Assembly (NCBI GenBank): GCA_016432625.1
Contig: CP066697.1
Location: 151,113 to 215,112 of the forward strand
Direction: 5' to 3'
Length of the DNA stretch: 64,000 nt
Source of the DNA: Candidatus Berkelbacteria bacterium
Lineage (GTDB): Bacteria > Patescibacteriota > UBA1384 > 2-12-FULL-50-11
The notes under the pieces were generated by a model that made no database searches, was not told where the DNA came from, and was given only the letters and a program-made list of their open reading frames with translations. A program made the translations under genes and the position numbers. This document shows, in pieces, positions 51,616 through 59,930 of this stretch (position 1 is the first letter of the stretch; each line of letters opens with the position of its first letter).

Positions 51616-51644
51616 AATGTAAAGTAAACTTTACATAGCGTCAA
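51616..51644 (-). promoter_or_regulatory. Promoter of the HTH-Hsp20 gene with embedded operator copy O2 (TGTAAAG-N4-CTTTACA, 51618-51635)
   Basis: Minus strand reads TTGACG-CTA-TGTAAAG-TTTA-CTT-TACATT (17-nt spacer). The ATG lies 10 nt after the -10 box, which implies a near-leaderless mRNA. Confidence 0.65.
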
Positions 51645-51655
51645 GGGAAAGGTTT

Positions 51656-52852
51656 TTACTCAAACCGCAAAGCGTCGACGGGATTTTTACGGGCGGCGCG
51701 AATTGCCGGGAAAAGGCCAAAGACAATACCAGCAAAAGCGCCCATTCCAACGGCTAACATGATTGTTTGCCAGCTCATAACGGGATTAAGCGGGGAGAAT
51801 CTAGCGATTAGTAGCGTCGAGATACGCGCTAAGCCAATGCCGATCAAAGAGCCAAAGAGGGTCAACAGTATTGCTTCGATCAGAAATTGCAACAAGATTG
51901 CACTTTCGGTAGCGCCAACGGCCTTTCGAATACCGATCTCTCGCGTCCGCTCTGTCACAGTGACGAGCATGATATTGGAGATGCCTATTCCGCCGACAAG
52001 CAGGGAGATAGAGGCAATTCCAACCACGAGATAAGCCATGACGTCGGTAATTTGATTGACCGTCGAAAGCAGATCGGTCGGCTTAAAGACTGAAAAGTCA
52101 CTCGTACCGTGTTTCGCGGTAAGCAGGCTTTTAACCTCCGCTATCGCCGGGTCAACGTCTTCAACCGTTTTGGCTTTGACGACAATGCGGTTAACGGCTT
52201 CTGATTTATTAATCTCGGTGGCGACGCTCGCCGGAACCAAAAACATATCGCCGGTCGTAGAAGTGAGATTCAATTCTTGGTCAATTTTGAATAAGCCCAC
52301 AACCTCAAAAGTTGACGCCCCAATTTTGACGCTATCGCCAACTTTAACGCTTATTTGTTCAGCTGACTTCTCGCTTAAGACGATTACCCTGTTCTTATTG
52401 GTAAGGTCGTTGTCGTTGATACTGCGGCCACCGACTATCTTGACGCTGAATAAATCTTCCGCGCCAGGCGTTATACCAACTGGCAGGCCGTTCAGCTTCT
52501 TGTCGTTGTGGTTAACGAGTCCGCCAAAGAAGACGGCGTACTCCATGTCTGGATCAAGTAATTTAGATTTGTCTTGCAAGTGCGTCACATCGTCAACGAA
52601 AATCGTTGACGGTGCCGTTATGCCAGAGATACTCGGCGCCCCTTCTTCAGCTTGTTCGCCCGGCATAATCAGGATCGTCCGTGGCCCAAAGTCCTCAACG
52701 AAGCCGGCAATTTGTTTCTGTACGCCACGGGCGGCCGAAAGCAACGTCACCACGGCGTAGATGCCGATAACGATGCCAAGCACCGTCAGGAAGCTACGCA
52801 GTTTATTGGCCCAGAGTGAGCCGATGGCGCTCCGTAAGCTGTCAAGCAGCAT
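51656..52852 (-). CDS. MacB/FtsX-type ABC transporter permease
   Basis: N-terminal TM helix, large periplasmic-type domain, and a C-terminal FtsX 3-TM bundle (REIGIRKAVGA motif). Confidence 0.8.
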   Translation of the reverse strand: MLLDSLRSAIGSLWANKLRSFLTVLGIVIGIYAVVTLLSAARGVQKQIAGFVEDFGPRTILIMPGEQAEEGAPSISGITAPSTIFVDDVTHLQDKSKLLDPDMEYAVFFGGLVNHNDKKLNGLPVGITPGAEDLFSVKIVGGRSINDNDLTNKNRVIVLSEKSAEQISVKVGDSVKIGASTFEVVGLFKIDQELNLTSTTGDMFLVPASVATEINKSEAVNRIVVKAKTVEDVDPAIAEVKSLLTAKHGTSDFSVFKPTDLLSTVNQITDVMAYLVVGIASISLLVGGIGISNIMLVTVTERTREIGIRKAVGATESAILLQFLIEAILLTLFGSLIGIGLARISTLLIARFSPLNPVMSWQTIMLAVGMGAFAGIVFGLFPAIRAARKNPVDALRFE

Positions 52853-53528
52853 TGCTCCTCCGCTCGTCTTTAGTAATCTGGCCGTCCTTCATCTGAATGA
52901 CACGGTCGGCGTAATTTAACAGCTCGGTATTGTGCGTCACCATAACGATCGTGGTGCCAGTTTTATGAATTCGTTTAAAAAGTTCCATGATTTCCAGGCC
53001 GGTCTTGGTGTCTAGGTTCCCGGTTGGTTCATCGGCAAGGATAACTTTTGGCGCCGTGACGAGCGCTCGGGCGATGGCAACACGCTGCTGTTGGCCGCCA
53101 CTTAGCTGATTTGGCCGACTATGCTCACGATCGAGCAAGCCGACGTTTCCTAATACCTCGCGCGCTTTCTGGTCCCGGGAGTCGCCGTGGCGGTATTTCA
53201 ACGGCAACATGACGTTGTCGTAAGCCGTAGTTCGCGGCAAAAGATTAAAAGACTGAAAAACAAAACCGAAGGTCTCGTTTCGATACTTGGCGCGCTGTTT
53301 ACTATTTAAGTCGTCAACTCTTTTGCTGTCGATGATGTATTCGCCAGAATTAGGTACGTCGAGCAAGCCGATAATGTTTAATAGTGTCGATTTACCGCAG
53401 CCGCTCGGTCCGATAATGCCGATGAACTCGCCGTCCCGAATCGTTAGATTAAGGTCATCAAGGGCGTGGATCGTCTCGCCCAGTTTATAGTCGCGGTTAA
53501 TACTTTTGAGCTGAAGCATCAAAAGCAT
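52842..53528 (-). CDS. MacB/LolD-type ABC transporter ATP-binding protein
   Basis: Walker [10 protein letters not shown], signature [15 protein letters not shown], Walker [12 protein letters not shown]. Confidence 0.9.
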   Translation of the reverse strand: MLLMLQLKSINRDYKLGETIHALDDLNLTIRDGEFIGIIGPSGCGKSTLLNIIGLLDVPNSGEYIIDSKRVDDLNSKQRAKYRNETFGFVFQSFNLLPRTTAYDNVMLPLKYRHGDSRDQKAREVLGNVGLLDREHSRPNQLSGGQQQRVAIARALVTAPKVILADEPTGNLDTKTGLEIMELFKRIHKTGTTIVMVTHNTELLNYADRVIQMKDGQITKDERRSNAA

Positions 53529-53578
53529 CTTATACCCTGTGAAAGTAAAGAAAAAGCCGCCCTGCGGTGACTTTTTCT

Positions 53579-53965
53579 TGGTGGACCTGCCGGGAGTTGA
53601 ACCCGGGTCCGAGAACCTACGAACGAAGACGTCTACAAGCGTAGAAAGTTTAAAGTCTTAGCAGCTGGGCTTGAGAGCTTTCAAAAAACCCGACTGAGCA
53701 ACATCTTATTCTGAGGAGTTGTACCGATGTGCGCACAATCCCGGTTCTACTTTTTGACGCCTCGTTACCTTAGTAGAAGTCAGGTGACGAAACGGCATTG
53801 GCCGTTAGGCTAATGCTGTTGCAAAAGAAGGAGTCGCGAACAAGTTCGCAACACGAGCTTTTGCAGTTTCAAATGCGTTTGCACGTATTTGTTTTGCGCT
53901 CTAAGGCAGGCGCGTCCGCTTGCAGTCCTCGCTGTAAACGTTCCCGTCGAAGCCAGTACAGGCCC
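53579..53965 (-). ncRNA. ssrA: tmRNA (SsrA), about 387 nt, CCA encoded
   Basis: 5' GGGCCUG pairs with 3' CAGGUCC-ACCA, giving a G3:U pair. 3' T-arm GGACCCGGGTTCAACTCCCGGCAGGTCCACCA. The internal tag frame ends ...ATPSFATALA-TAA. Confidence 0.9.
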
Positions 53966-53975
53966 GTTAAGATCT

Positions 53976-54004
53976 TTCTTACCACTTTCAACCTGTTAAG
54001 TCAA
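53976..54004 (-). promoter_or_regulatory. Candidate tmRNA promoter
   Basis: Minus strand reads TTGACT - 17 nt - TAAGAA, about 10 nt upstream of the tmRNA 5' G. Confidence 0.4.
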
Positions 54005-54098
54005 TGGTACTAGCCCTATTTTGCTTTGAAGCCCTTGCGTTATTTTGCAGCTTAGCTTTAATATTGAGGAGTAGTAATAATCCTGAAAAGGAGGATAG

Positions 54099-54362
54099 AT
54101 GTGGGTAGATATCATAGGTGGACTGATTGGTGGTTTGATCCTTACATGGATTGCCGCCATGGTCGTTAAGAACGCTATGGTCGCGATGATTATCGGTTTT
54201 GTCATAATGATGATCGTCTTCGGCTTTGGTTGGTTGGGCGAGGGTATTAACGTTTACAACGTTATTGCTTCTCTCGTCGGTGCCTTTATTGGGTACTTTG
54301 CAACCAAGGGTCGCTCGGGGAGCACCCCGCCAGCTGCGCCGCCAGCTGCTCCAACCGCCTAA
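54099..54362 (+). CDS. GlsB/YeaQ/YmgE-family small stress membrane protein with a Pro/Ala-rich tail
   Basis: AAAGGAGGA lies 4 nt upstream of the ATG. Glycine-zipper helices IIGGLIGGLILTWIA. Confidence 0.65.
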   Translation: MWVDIIGGLIGGLILTWIAAMVVKNAMVAMIIGFVIMMIVFGFGWLGEGINVYNVIASLVGAFIGYFATKGRSGSTPPAAPPAAPTA

Positions 54363-54383
54363 CTTTAGGTATTTAGGAGACAG

Positions 54384-54409
54384 AAAAAGCCGCCGTGAGG
54401 CGGCTTTTT
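54384..54409. terminator. Bidirectional rho-independent terminator
   Basis: AAAAAGCCGCC-gtga-GGCGGCTTTTT between convergent genes. Confidence 0.75.
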
Positions 54410-54422
54410 CTTTACTGGTAAT

Positions 54423-54992
54423 TTACAAGCTAATTTCTTCGGCGATTTCTTTCATGGCGTCTAACACAATGCCGGTGAACTCATCTAAGGCAATGCCTAG
54501 TTTCGCCTCGCAAAGCTCAATTTTCTCCCGGTCAACACCGGCGGCAAATGATTTTTGCGGCAGCTTATTGAGTACTGTTTCCGCGGTAACGGAAGCAAGT
54601 TTTTTGTCAGGCATAACGAGCGCACAGGCGACAATTAGTCCCGTTAGCTCGTCGCAGCAGTACAGCGCCCACTCCATGAGGCTTTGGGGCGGTTCGTGGC
54701 CGTTGTGAAAGTGGTTATGAGCGAGGATAGCGCCCTTAATCCCCTCATCGCCAAGATCCAAATCTTCGAGCCACTCGACGACTTTTTTGGCGTGGATTTC
54801 CGGAGTGTCGCGAGTAACTTCCCAATCGGCGTCATGAAGCAAGCCAGCAATGCCCCAAGACTCCTCGTCTTCGTTGAAATAGTTGGCAAGCCCCTTCATT
54901 GAAGCCTCAACAGCCAGGCAATGTCGAATCAGGTTATCGCTCTGTACTTTGCTGACAAGCAGCTTGTAGGCTTCGTCTCGACTAACAGGCAT
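54423..54992 (-). CDS. HD-domain (HDIG-type) phosphohydrolase
   Basis: IRHCLAVE ... GLLHDADWE ... ILAHNH metal-ligand pattern. Confidence 0.75.
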   Translation of the reverse strand: MPVSRDEAYKLLVSKVQSDNLIRHCLAVEASMKGLANYFNEDEESWGIAGLLHDADWEVTRDTPEIHAKKVVEWLEDLDLGDEGIKGAILAHNHFHNGHEPPQSLMEWALYCCDELTGLIVACALVMPDKKLASVTAETVLNKLPQKSFAAGVDREKIELCEAKLGIALDEFTGIVLDAMKEIAEEISL

Positions 54993-55552
54993 TACTCAAC
55001 CTCTTTTTTGACACGCTCCTCGATTTGCTCAGCGTTTAGAGTCTCCGTCATTTCGGTCAGCTCACTATCAGGCTTCTGAATCCCCAAATGTTGTTGGATT
55101 TCCTGCAGCATCTCCAAGCACTTAGTGATTTCATGCTCGGCTTGAACATTCACCTGGAAGTCCACTTCTTCACGCAAGTCGGCGATATCGGCCTCACGCG
55201 ATTGACTCATTAAGACAAAGATCGCCAGGATAATCGCTTCCAGTGAGACGATGGTGGTCAGCATCACGAATGGGAATGGATCAAAGATTGGGAAGATCGG
55301 CAGCGCCCCACTGTTAACAAGTACCCAGCAGGTGAAGAACAGGACGTTTATCGTCAAGAAAGCGAACGTGCCTGAGCGTGTGGTAACGAAATCGGCGATC
55401 TTTTGCGTTGGCGTTCGATGGGAGTTAGCTTTTGCCTTAAAAGTGCGGTACGCCTCGCGACTTTGTTCCATCTGTTCTGCTTTGTGATTACTGATGGCCC
55501 CTAAAACGTGACCAAGCGTTTCGGTTAACTTGTTACGGTCGTAGCTGTTCAT
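54992..55552 (-). CDS. DUF1003-like membrane protein
   Basis: The ATG at 55552 gives MNSYDRNKLTE... FADFVTTRSGTFAFLTINVLFFTCWVLVN and two TM helices fit DUF1003. The longer track ORF has an implausible N-terminal extension. Confidence 0.65.
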   Translation of the reverse strand: MNSYDRNKLTETLGHVLGAISNHKAEQMEQSREAYRTFKAKANSHRTPTQKIADFVTTRSGTFAFLTINVLFFTCWVLVNSGALPIFPIFDPFPFVMLTTIVSLEAIILAIFVLMSQSREADIADLREEVDFQVNVQAEHEITKCLEMLQEIQQHLGIQKPDSELTEMTETLNAEQIEERVKKEVE

Positions 55553-55753
55553 AACACTAAAGTAACTTATTCTTCGTGGGGATACCACGGGTGGCAAAGT
55601 CCCTCGCGAGAGCTGTCGCCGCTTTACGGAGCAGAGTGGTGCGAAGCGAAGAAGAAGATGTCCTGAGCCGCTGGCCAGGGCATCTTCATTAGGAACCAAT
55701 CCTCAAACGGTCGACTATTTAACCTCCTAATGCTATACTTGCCCTGTTTTTAC

Positions 55754-55833
55754 GCCCCCGTAGCTCAGTGGATTTTACGCGCTAGCGCTTCAATCCCCTT
55801 CGCTACTTCGGCAAAATGAAACAATAGTATTCT
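55754..55833 (+). repeat. Duplicate of the first 21 nt of tRNA-Arg, followed by a hairpin and a CGCT-rich tail
   Basis: GCCCCCGTAGCTCAGTGGATT occurs at 55754-55774 and again as the tRNA 5' end at 55834-55854. The first copy is followed by GCGC-ta-GCGC TTCAATCCCCTTCGCTAC. Confidence 0.75.
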
Positions 55834-55907
55834 GCCCCCGTAGCTCAGTGGATTAGAGCGGGACGGTTCTAACGTCAAGGTCGCAGGTTCGAATCCTGCC
55901 GGGGGTA
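55834..55907 (+). tRNA. tRNA-Arg (anticodon TCT)
   Basis: Acceptor GCCCCCG/CGGGGGT (G1:U72), D-arm GCTC/GAGC, anticodon loop GTTCTAA, T-arm GCAGGTTCGAATCCTGC. Confidence 0.75.
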
Positions 55908-55955
55908 CTACTTCTACTTGACAAGCTCGGCATTTCCCCCGATTGTAGTGTGTAG

Positions 55956-57005
55956 ATGGAGGGAAGTGTGAACGCCCGCAAACTGGTTATATACGGAGGG
56001 GTTATTTTCTTGTCGTTGACAACGATATTTGCCGTGATTGCCAACAGTAGCCTTTATCGCGCTCAGGTTGCCCTCGAAGAGCCTTGTATCGCCGAGACTG
56101 ACGTTAATGGCGACGGTTTAATCAATAACGACGATTGTACTGGCGGCGGGGGCGGTAACGTTGAGCCTTGTCCTGAGCCCATTCCTGTTGAAGAGGGTAC
56201 GGCAATTACACAAACGGTCCCGAAAGAGTGTGAGGAGGATCCGGTTTGTGAGCCTGACCCACCATTTGATACCGCATTCGAGGGCCACACAATTGGAGCG
56301 TTCGGCAGCGGCGGTAGCGGTGCAAATCAAATTACTCAGCCGCTCAGCACACTACTTGGCGTTGACGCAGCGCTTGCCCAGTCCGGTGGCAGCCAACTGA
56401 GCGAAAGCCGCAAGTTCGAAGAAAAGGCTAAGCAGTTGATACTGCAGTCCTGGGATGAAGTAAAATTCCGCTATGACCGCACGTTGTTGATTCTGCGAAA
56501 TCCGTCCGACTGGTTCAATAATCAATCTAACTTGAATCGTTTTGCCTCTACTTTCTCTAGCGAGATTACCGAAGTTATGACCGACCCGACGCTACCTTAT
56601 TACGAACGTTGGCGTGCCGCCCAGCAGGCTGCGCCGGACGCGTTCAAGCGAGCGATGGAGCAGTTTGCTTATGGTAAAAAGGACAAACATGCGGAAGGAC
56701 ACGTTAAGGTGCCTGACAACGATAACCCATGGAAACTTGACGTTGAGCCAAACTGGTCCGAGTTCGTGACCTCAGGACTACGTAACTTAGAGTTACATGC
56801 AGATGTTTACAACTGGGTTGGCAGTAATAGCGGCTCCTATACGAAATGTGACGCTGACTTTGGGTTCGCTTCTGGCAATAGCTCCAACAGGTTCAAAGGG
56901 CTTAAGCTTAATATTGAACATGGCAGTAATACAACACTCTTCCGTGCCTCAGTTGGCTGGAATCACGGTTTGACCTTCGGGGCGTTCTACCAGAAGTCGT
57001 TCTAA
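55956..57005 (+). CDS. Secreted or anchored protein with a dockerin/EF-hand-like Ca-binding loop and a Cys/Pro/Glu-rich segment (start may be the GTG at 55968)
   Basis: TM/signal VIYGGVIFLSLTTIFAVIA, DVNGDGLINNDDC loop, and a C-terminus ...GLTFGAFYQKSF. Confidence 0.55.
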   Translation: MEGSVNARKLVIYGGVIFLSLTTIFAVIANSSLYRAQVALEEPCIAETDVNGDGLINNDDCTGGGGGNVEPCPEPIPVEEGTAITQTVPKECEEDPVCEPDPPFDTAFEGHTIGAFGSGGSGANQITQPLSTLLGVDAALAQSGGSQLSESRKFEEKAKQLILQSWDEVKFRYDRTLLILRNPSDWFNNQSNLNRFASTFSSEITEVMTDPTLPYYERWRAAQQAAPDAFKRAMEQFAYGKKDKHAEGHVKVPDNDNPWKLDVEPNWSEFVTSGLRNLELHADVYNWVGSNSGSYTKCDADFGFASGNSSNRFKGLKLNIEHGSNTTLFRASVGWNHGLTFGAFYQKSF

Positions 57006-57021
57006 ACAAACTTAAAACGAC

Positions 57022-57056
57022 AAAAGCCGCTGGCGTTATTCACGCTGGCGGCTTTT
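57022..57056. terminator. Bidirectional terminator hairpin
   Basis: AAAAGCCGC ... GCGGCTTTT between convergent genes. Confidence 0.7.
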
Positions 57057-57076
57057 GGTATTTACTCAGCTGGTCG

Positions 57077-57751
57077 TCAGTTAACGACGTCAAGCCTCGT
57101 GATCCGGAGCTTGCCATCGACCTTGCCGAAGCGAAGGTCTAGACCGAACGACATGCCAGGGCGTGGCCCTTTGGCATCGCGCGAGGTCATCTTGACCTTG
57201 ACACCGTGTTTGGTGAGCTCGTAGGCCTCGAAGTTCTTAATGCCCTCCTCGTTGCCGTTCAAGCTGCCTCGCTCCTTGAGAAACTCAATTCGTTCGGCTA
57301 GATATTCCGGCCAAGCCGGATGATCTGGTCCCTTGACGATCGCAGTCGGGTCGCTACCCGATTGGGCTGTCTCGACGAAGTACTTCGCGAGCGCCAACCG
57401 GGAATCGAGCAGCTTTCCCGAGGCCTCAGCGACGAGCGGCAGCTTGCCGCCGGCCGAGACTTTCAGGCTGAGCTCGAAGCCCGCTTTGTCGAACTTTTGG
57501 GCGTCGTTAACGGCTCGGAAGTTGGTTAGACCATCGGCATCGGAGCGATAGAGGGTAACGTTGCCGTCGGTGCAAAAGGCTTTGAAGTCCTTGAGCGCCT
57601 GTTGCAACCCCACCTGGTTCCGGCCGTCGGTCGTTACCATGAGTAGGGCTTCGGCTGGGTCCTTCTGGGCCCGGGCGACGAAGTCGTCGAGTTGGTCGGC
57701 GCTTGTCAGACACGCAGTTGCAAGCAAAAGAAGTGCGAAAAGATGTTTCAT
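57077..57751 (-). CDS. Secreted or lipoprotein-like hypothetical protein (GC-rich)
   Basis: Signal MKHLFALLLLATACLTSA. 224 aa with no known motif. Confidence 0.55.
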   Translation of the reverse strand: MKHLFALLLLATACLTSADQLDDFVARAQKDPAEALLMVTTDGRNQVGLQQALKDFKAFCTDGNVTLYRSDADGLTNFRAVNDAQKFDKAGFELSLKVSAGGKLPLVAEASGKLLDSRLALAKYFVETAQSGSDPTAIVKGPDHPAWPEYLAERIEFLKERGSLNGNEEGIKNFEAYELTKHGVKVKMTSRDAKGPRPGMSFGLDLRFGKVDGKLRITRLDVVN

Positions 57752-57833
57752 CTGATCCTCCTGAGGGAAACGTGCGCTAATTTTAACCGAACGCTAACCG
57801 TAGATCAATGATAACGAGGCCAATTTTGGTGGA

Positions 57834-58319
57834 TCAAATTTTAATGAGTGTGCCGACAAAAACCGCCACCGCTATTACAACGGCACCGATCAGGGTGATT
57901 TTGATGGCGCCGCGCAGCGGGTGGTGATGCACGAAATAACCCTTAAAGAGGCCGACGCAAAACAGGGCGAAGAGACTAGCGCCGATCGACCAATAGAAAG
58001 CCATCATGGTGTTGTCGAAAATTATATAGGGTAATAGTGGGATTAAACCGATTAGGGCGTAAGAAAAGAGCATAACGATCGCATCGCTAAGTTGGTTCTC
58101 TTTTTCTGCCGGGTCAAGTTCTTTCTCGGAATCCTCGGAGATATAAACTCCAGCTCCCATAGAGATAGCCTCGACCATAATTAGAATTACGCCGCTTAAA
58201 ATAATTTCGCGCGACGGAAGACCTGCGAAGCTAACGCCGGAAAGCAGTCCGACCGTTGAAACCAAGCCGTCTTCGGCTCCGAAGACGAAGTTACGCAGGA
58301 AACCTTTGGAGCCCTTCAT
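57834..58319 (-). CDS. VIT1/CCC1 family iron/manganese transporter
   Basis: The ATG at 58319 gives MKGSKGFLRNFVFGAEDGLVSTVGLLSGV, the VIT-family signature. Five TM helices. Confidence 0.8.
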   Translation of the reverse strand: MKGSKGFLRNFVFGAEDGLVSTVGLLSGVSFAGLPSREIILSGVILIMVEAISMGAGVYISEDSEKELDPAEKENQLSDAIVMLFSYALIGLIPLLPYIIFDNTMMAFYWSIGASLFALFCVGLFKGYFVHHHPLRGAIKITLIGAVVIAVAVFVGTLIKI

Positions 58320-58323
58320 AAAC

Positions 58324-58893
58324 CTATTGTAACGCAATTGTCCCGGCCGTGCCGGCCGGGACAATGATCGGGGTCTTATCGACGCTCTCTAAGCGCCAGA
58401 TTTCATCTGTGGGCTTGCCGGGAAGCTTCTTCCAGCGCAACCGCCACTCAAAGCCTTTCAGCTCTAAGCCTACGGGAATGACACCCTCCGGATAGCGGAA
58501 TCGGACGATCACGAGATCCTGAGTGTCATTCTTCTTGTCACCCATAACGAGCTCGTAGCTGATCGTTTTGCCTTTGAGGGAGGGGTTGCGTTCGAGCTCA
58601 GTCCATCCCTGGGCGAAGTCCTTGATGAAGTAGACGCGCCGTTCCTCTCGGAGACGGTCAAACTCGGTCTCGATGAGCTGGGGATCGAAATACACCATAT
58701 TCTTGACGGCGTCGTAGCCGTCTTTTAGGGTGCCAATAGGCGTTTCCCGACCAACGGCGCGAGTTTTCTCGATCATGACCCGCGTGAGGTTAACCCGAAT
58801 GTCCTCGGAAGGATTCATCGGGAACAACGATGTCGAAGCGTCGGCACAACCTAGGGTTGCAACGACGATAAATGGAAGAACGAATAGTCGCAT
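58324..58893 (-). CDS. Secreted or lipoprotein-like hypothetical protein (GC-rich)
   Basis: The ATG at 58893 gives MRLFVLPFIVVATLGCADAS (lipobox-like LGC). Confidence 0.5.
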   Translation of the reverse strand: MRLFVLPFIVVATLGCADASTSLFPMNPSEDIRVNLTRVMIEKTRAVGRETPIGTLKDGYDAVKNMVYFDPQLIETEFDRLREERRVYFIKDFAQGWTELERNPSLKGKTISYELVMGDKKNDTQDLVIVRFRYPEGVIPVGLELKGFEWRLRWKKLPGKPTDEIWRLESVDKTPIIVPAGTAGTIALQ

Positions 58894-58964
58894 ATTTGCC
58901 TCCGTGCAACGAATGCCTGACAATTTTCGACTAATTTTAAGCGCAAATCAAGAGGCTGGGTTCT

Positions 58965-59930
58965 TTACTTACGGCCAACGTAGGCGACAACGTTACCGCG
59001 TGGGATGGCGCGCTTGGTAACAACGGCCCAACCGGCGAAGTTCATCTCTGAAACATAGACGTATTGGGCGTCGAATCCTTCAACGTAGGCGACGTGTCCA
59101 ACGGGCGATTCCCAAGTTACAGCCACGTCTCCGACAGCTGGTGAGGATTTGACAGGAATGCCGTTTAAGCGGGCATAAGCAGGGTACTGGCCGCCATTGC
59201 CCATCTTTGCCGGCAAGTCAGGACGCTTGTATTTGACCCAGTTGGTGCATTGGCCACGGAAAGCGCCGTTAGTTGGCAGATTGGTAAATTTGCCAACCAC
59301 AGTGTAATCGCCGTAGCTTGCCACTCTAGTACCCCCGCTTCGCGGGGTTGTAGTTCGCTGGTTGCGCTGTAGGCGACGCTGCTTTTCTAGCTCAGCCTGA
59401 CGCGCGGCTTCGCGTTCCTTTTCCTTAATGGCGTTCAATTCGTCTAGCCATGCGAGTGAGGTTGAATCTGGTTTCTCGCTGGACGGAATAAGAATCTCGG
59501 TGCCCGGCTTAATCTTCTCAATATCAGCCACGGCAATGTTGTTGGTCTCTATAAGCTGAGCAACGGTAGTGTTATAGCGACCAGCGATGCCCATCAAGCT
59601 ATCGCCCTTCTCTACGGTATAAGAAAAAGCGTAAAGCTGTTGAACTTCACCAGTAAGAATGGTTTGGCCGATAAAGAGTTGCGGCTTGCCGACAAAACCA
59701 GCGGCTTGCGCCTCGATCTGCTCGTCGATGATTGAAGAGGCGTAAAAGTTCGGGTCGTAGGCCTGGCCTTCCCCAACTGAAAAGGTTAGAAAGACCAAAA
59801 TAAACGAGCCGAAGCTAAGCTGTGTCGAGTAACGGCGGATAAATTTTCGGACGCGCTTGGTTTGTGGCCTGGCAAGATATGACCTCAGAAACAGCCGGCT
59901 GTTGTCGGCACCGTTAATAAGCCGGTTCAA
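58965..59930 (-). CDS. LysM plus CHAP domain peptidoglycan hydrolase, membrane-anchored (5' end uncertain, see findings)
   Basis: LysM YTVEKGDSLMGIAGRYNTTVAQLIETNNI. CHAP GQCTNWV ... GHVAYVE. Confidence 0.8.
   Translation of the reverse strand: MNRLINGADNSRLFLRSYLARPQTKRVRKFIRRYSTQLSFGSFILVFLTFSVGEGQAYDPNFYASSIIDEQIEAQAAGFVGKPQLFIGQTILTGEVQQLYAFSYTVEKGDSLMGIAGRYNTTVAQLIETNNIAVADIEKIKPGTEILIPSSEKPDSTSLAWLDELNAIKEKEREAARQAELEKQRRLQRNQRTTTPRSGGTRVASYGDYTVVGKFTNLPTNGAFRGQCTNWVKYKRPDLPAKMGNGGQYPAYARLNGIPVKSSPAVGDVAVTWESPVGHVAYVEGFDAQYVYVSEMNFAGWAVVTKRAIPRGNVVAYVGRK

Noticed and set aside
52056-52760. 234-aa plus-strand ORF, and many similar long antisense ORFs (for example 24473-24952, 41818-42258, 26236-26715, 1281-1673)
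   Set aside because: These are shadow ORFs antisense to well-supported genes (the MacB permease, dnaK, GGDEF and others). Their Ser/Arg/Pro-rich composition is low-complexity, which is typical of antisense frames.
53798-54013. 71-aa plus-strand ORF
   Set aside because: It lies entirely antisense to the tmRNA gene (53579-53965), which is supported by its acceptor and T-arm ends and its tag frame.
55853-56044. 63-aa minus-strand ORF
   Set aside because: It overlaps tRNA-Arg(TCT) and the start of the 349-aa secreted-protein gene, and it has no SD.
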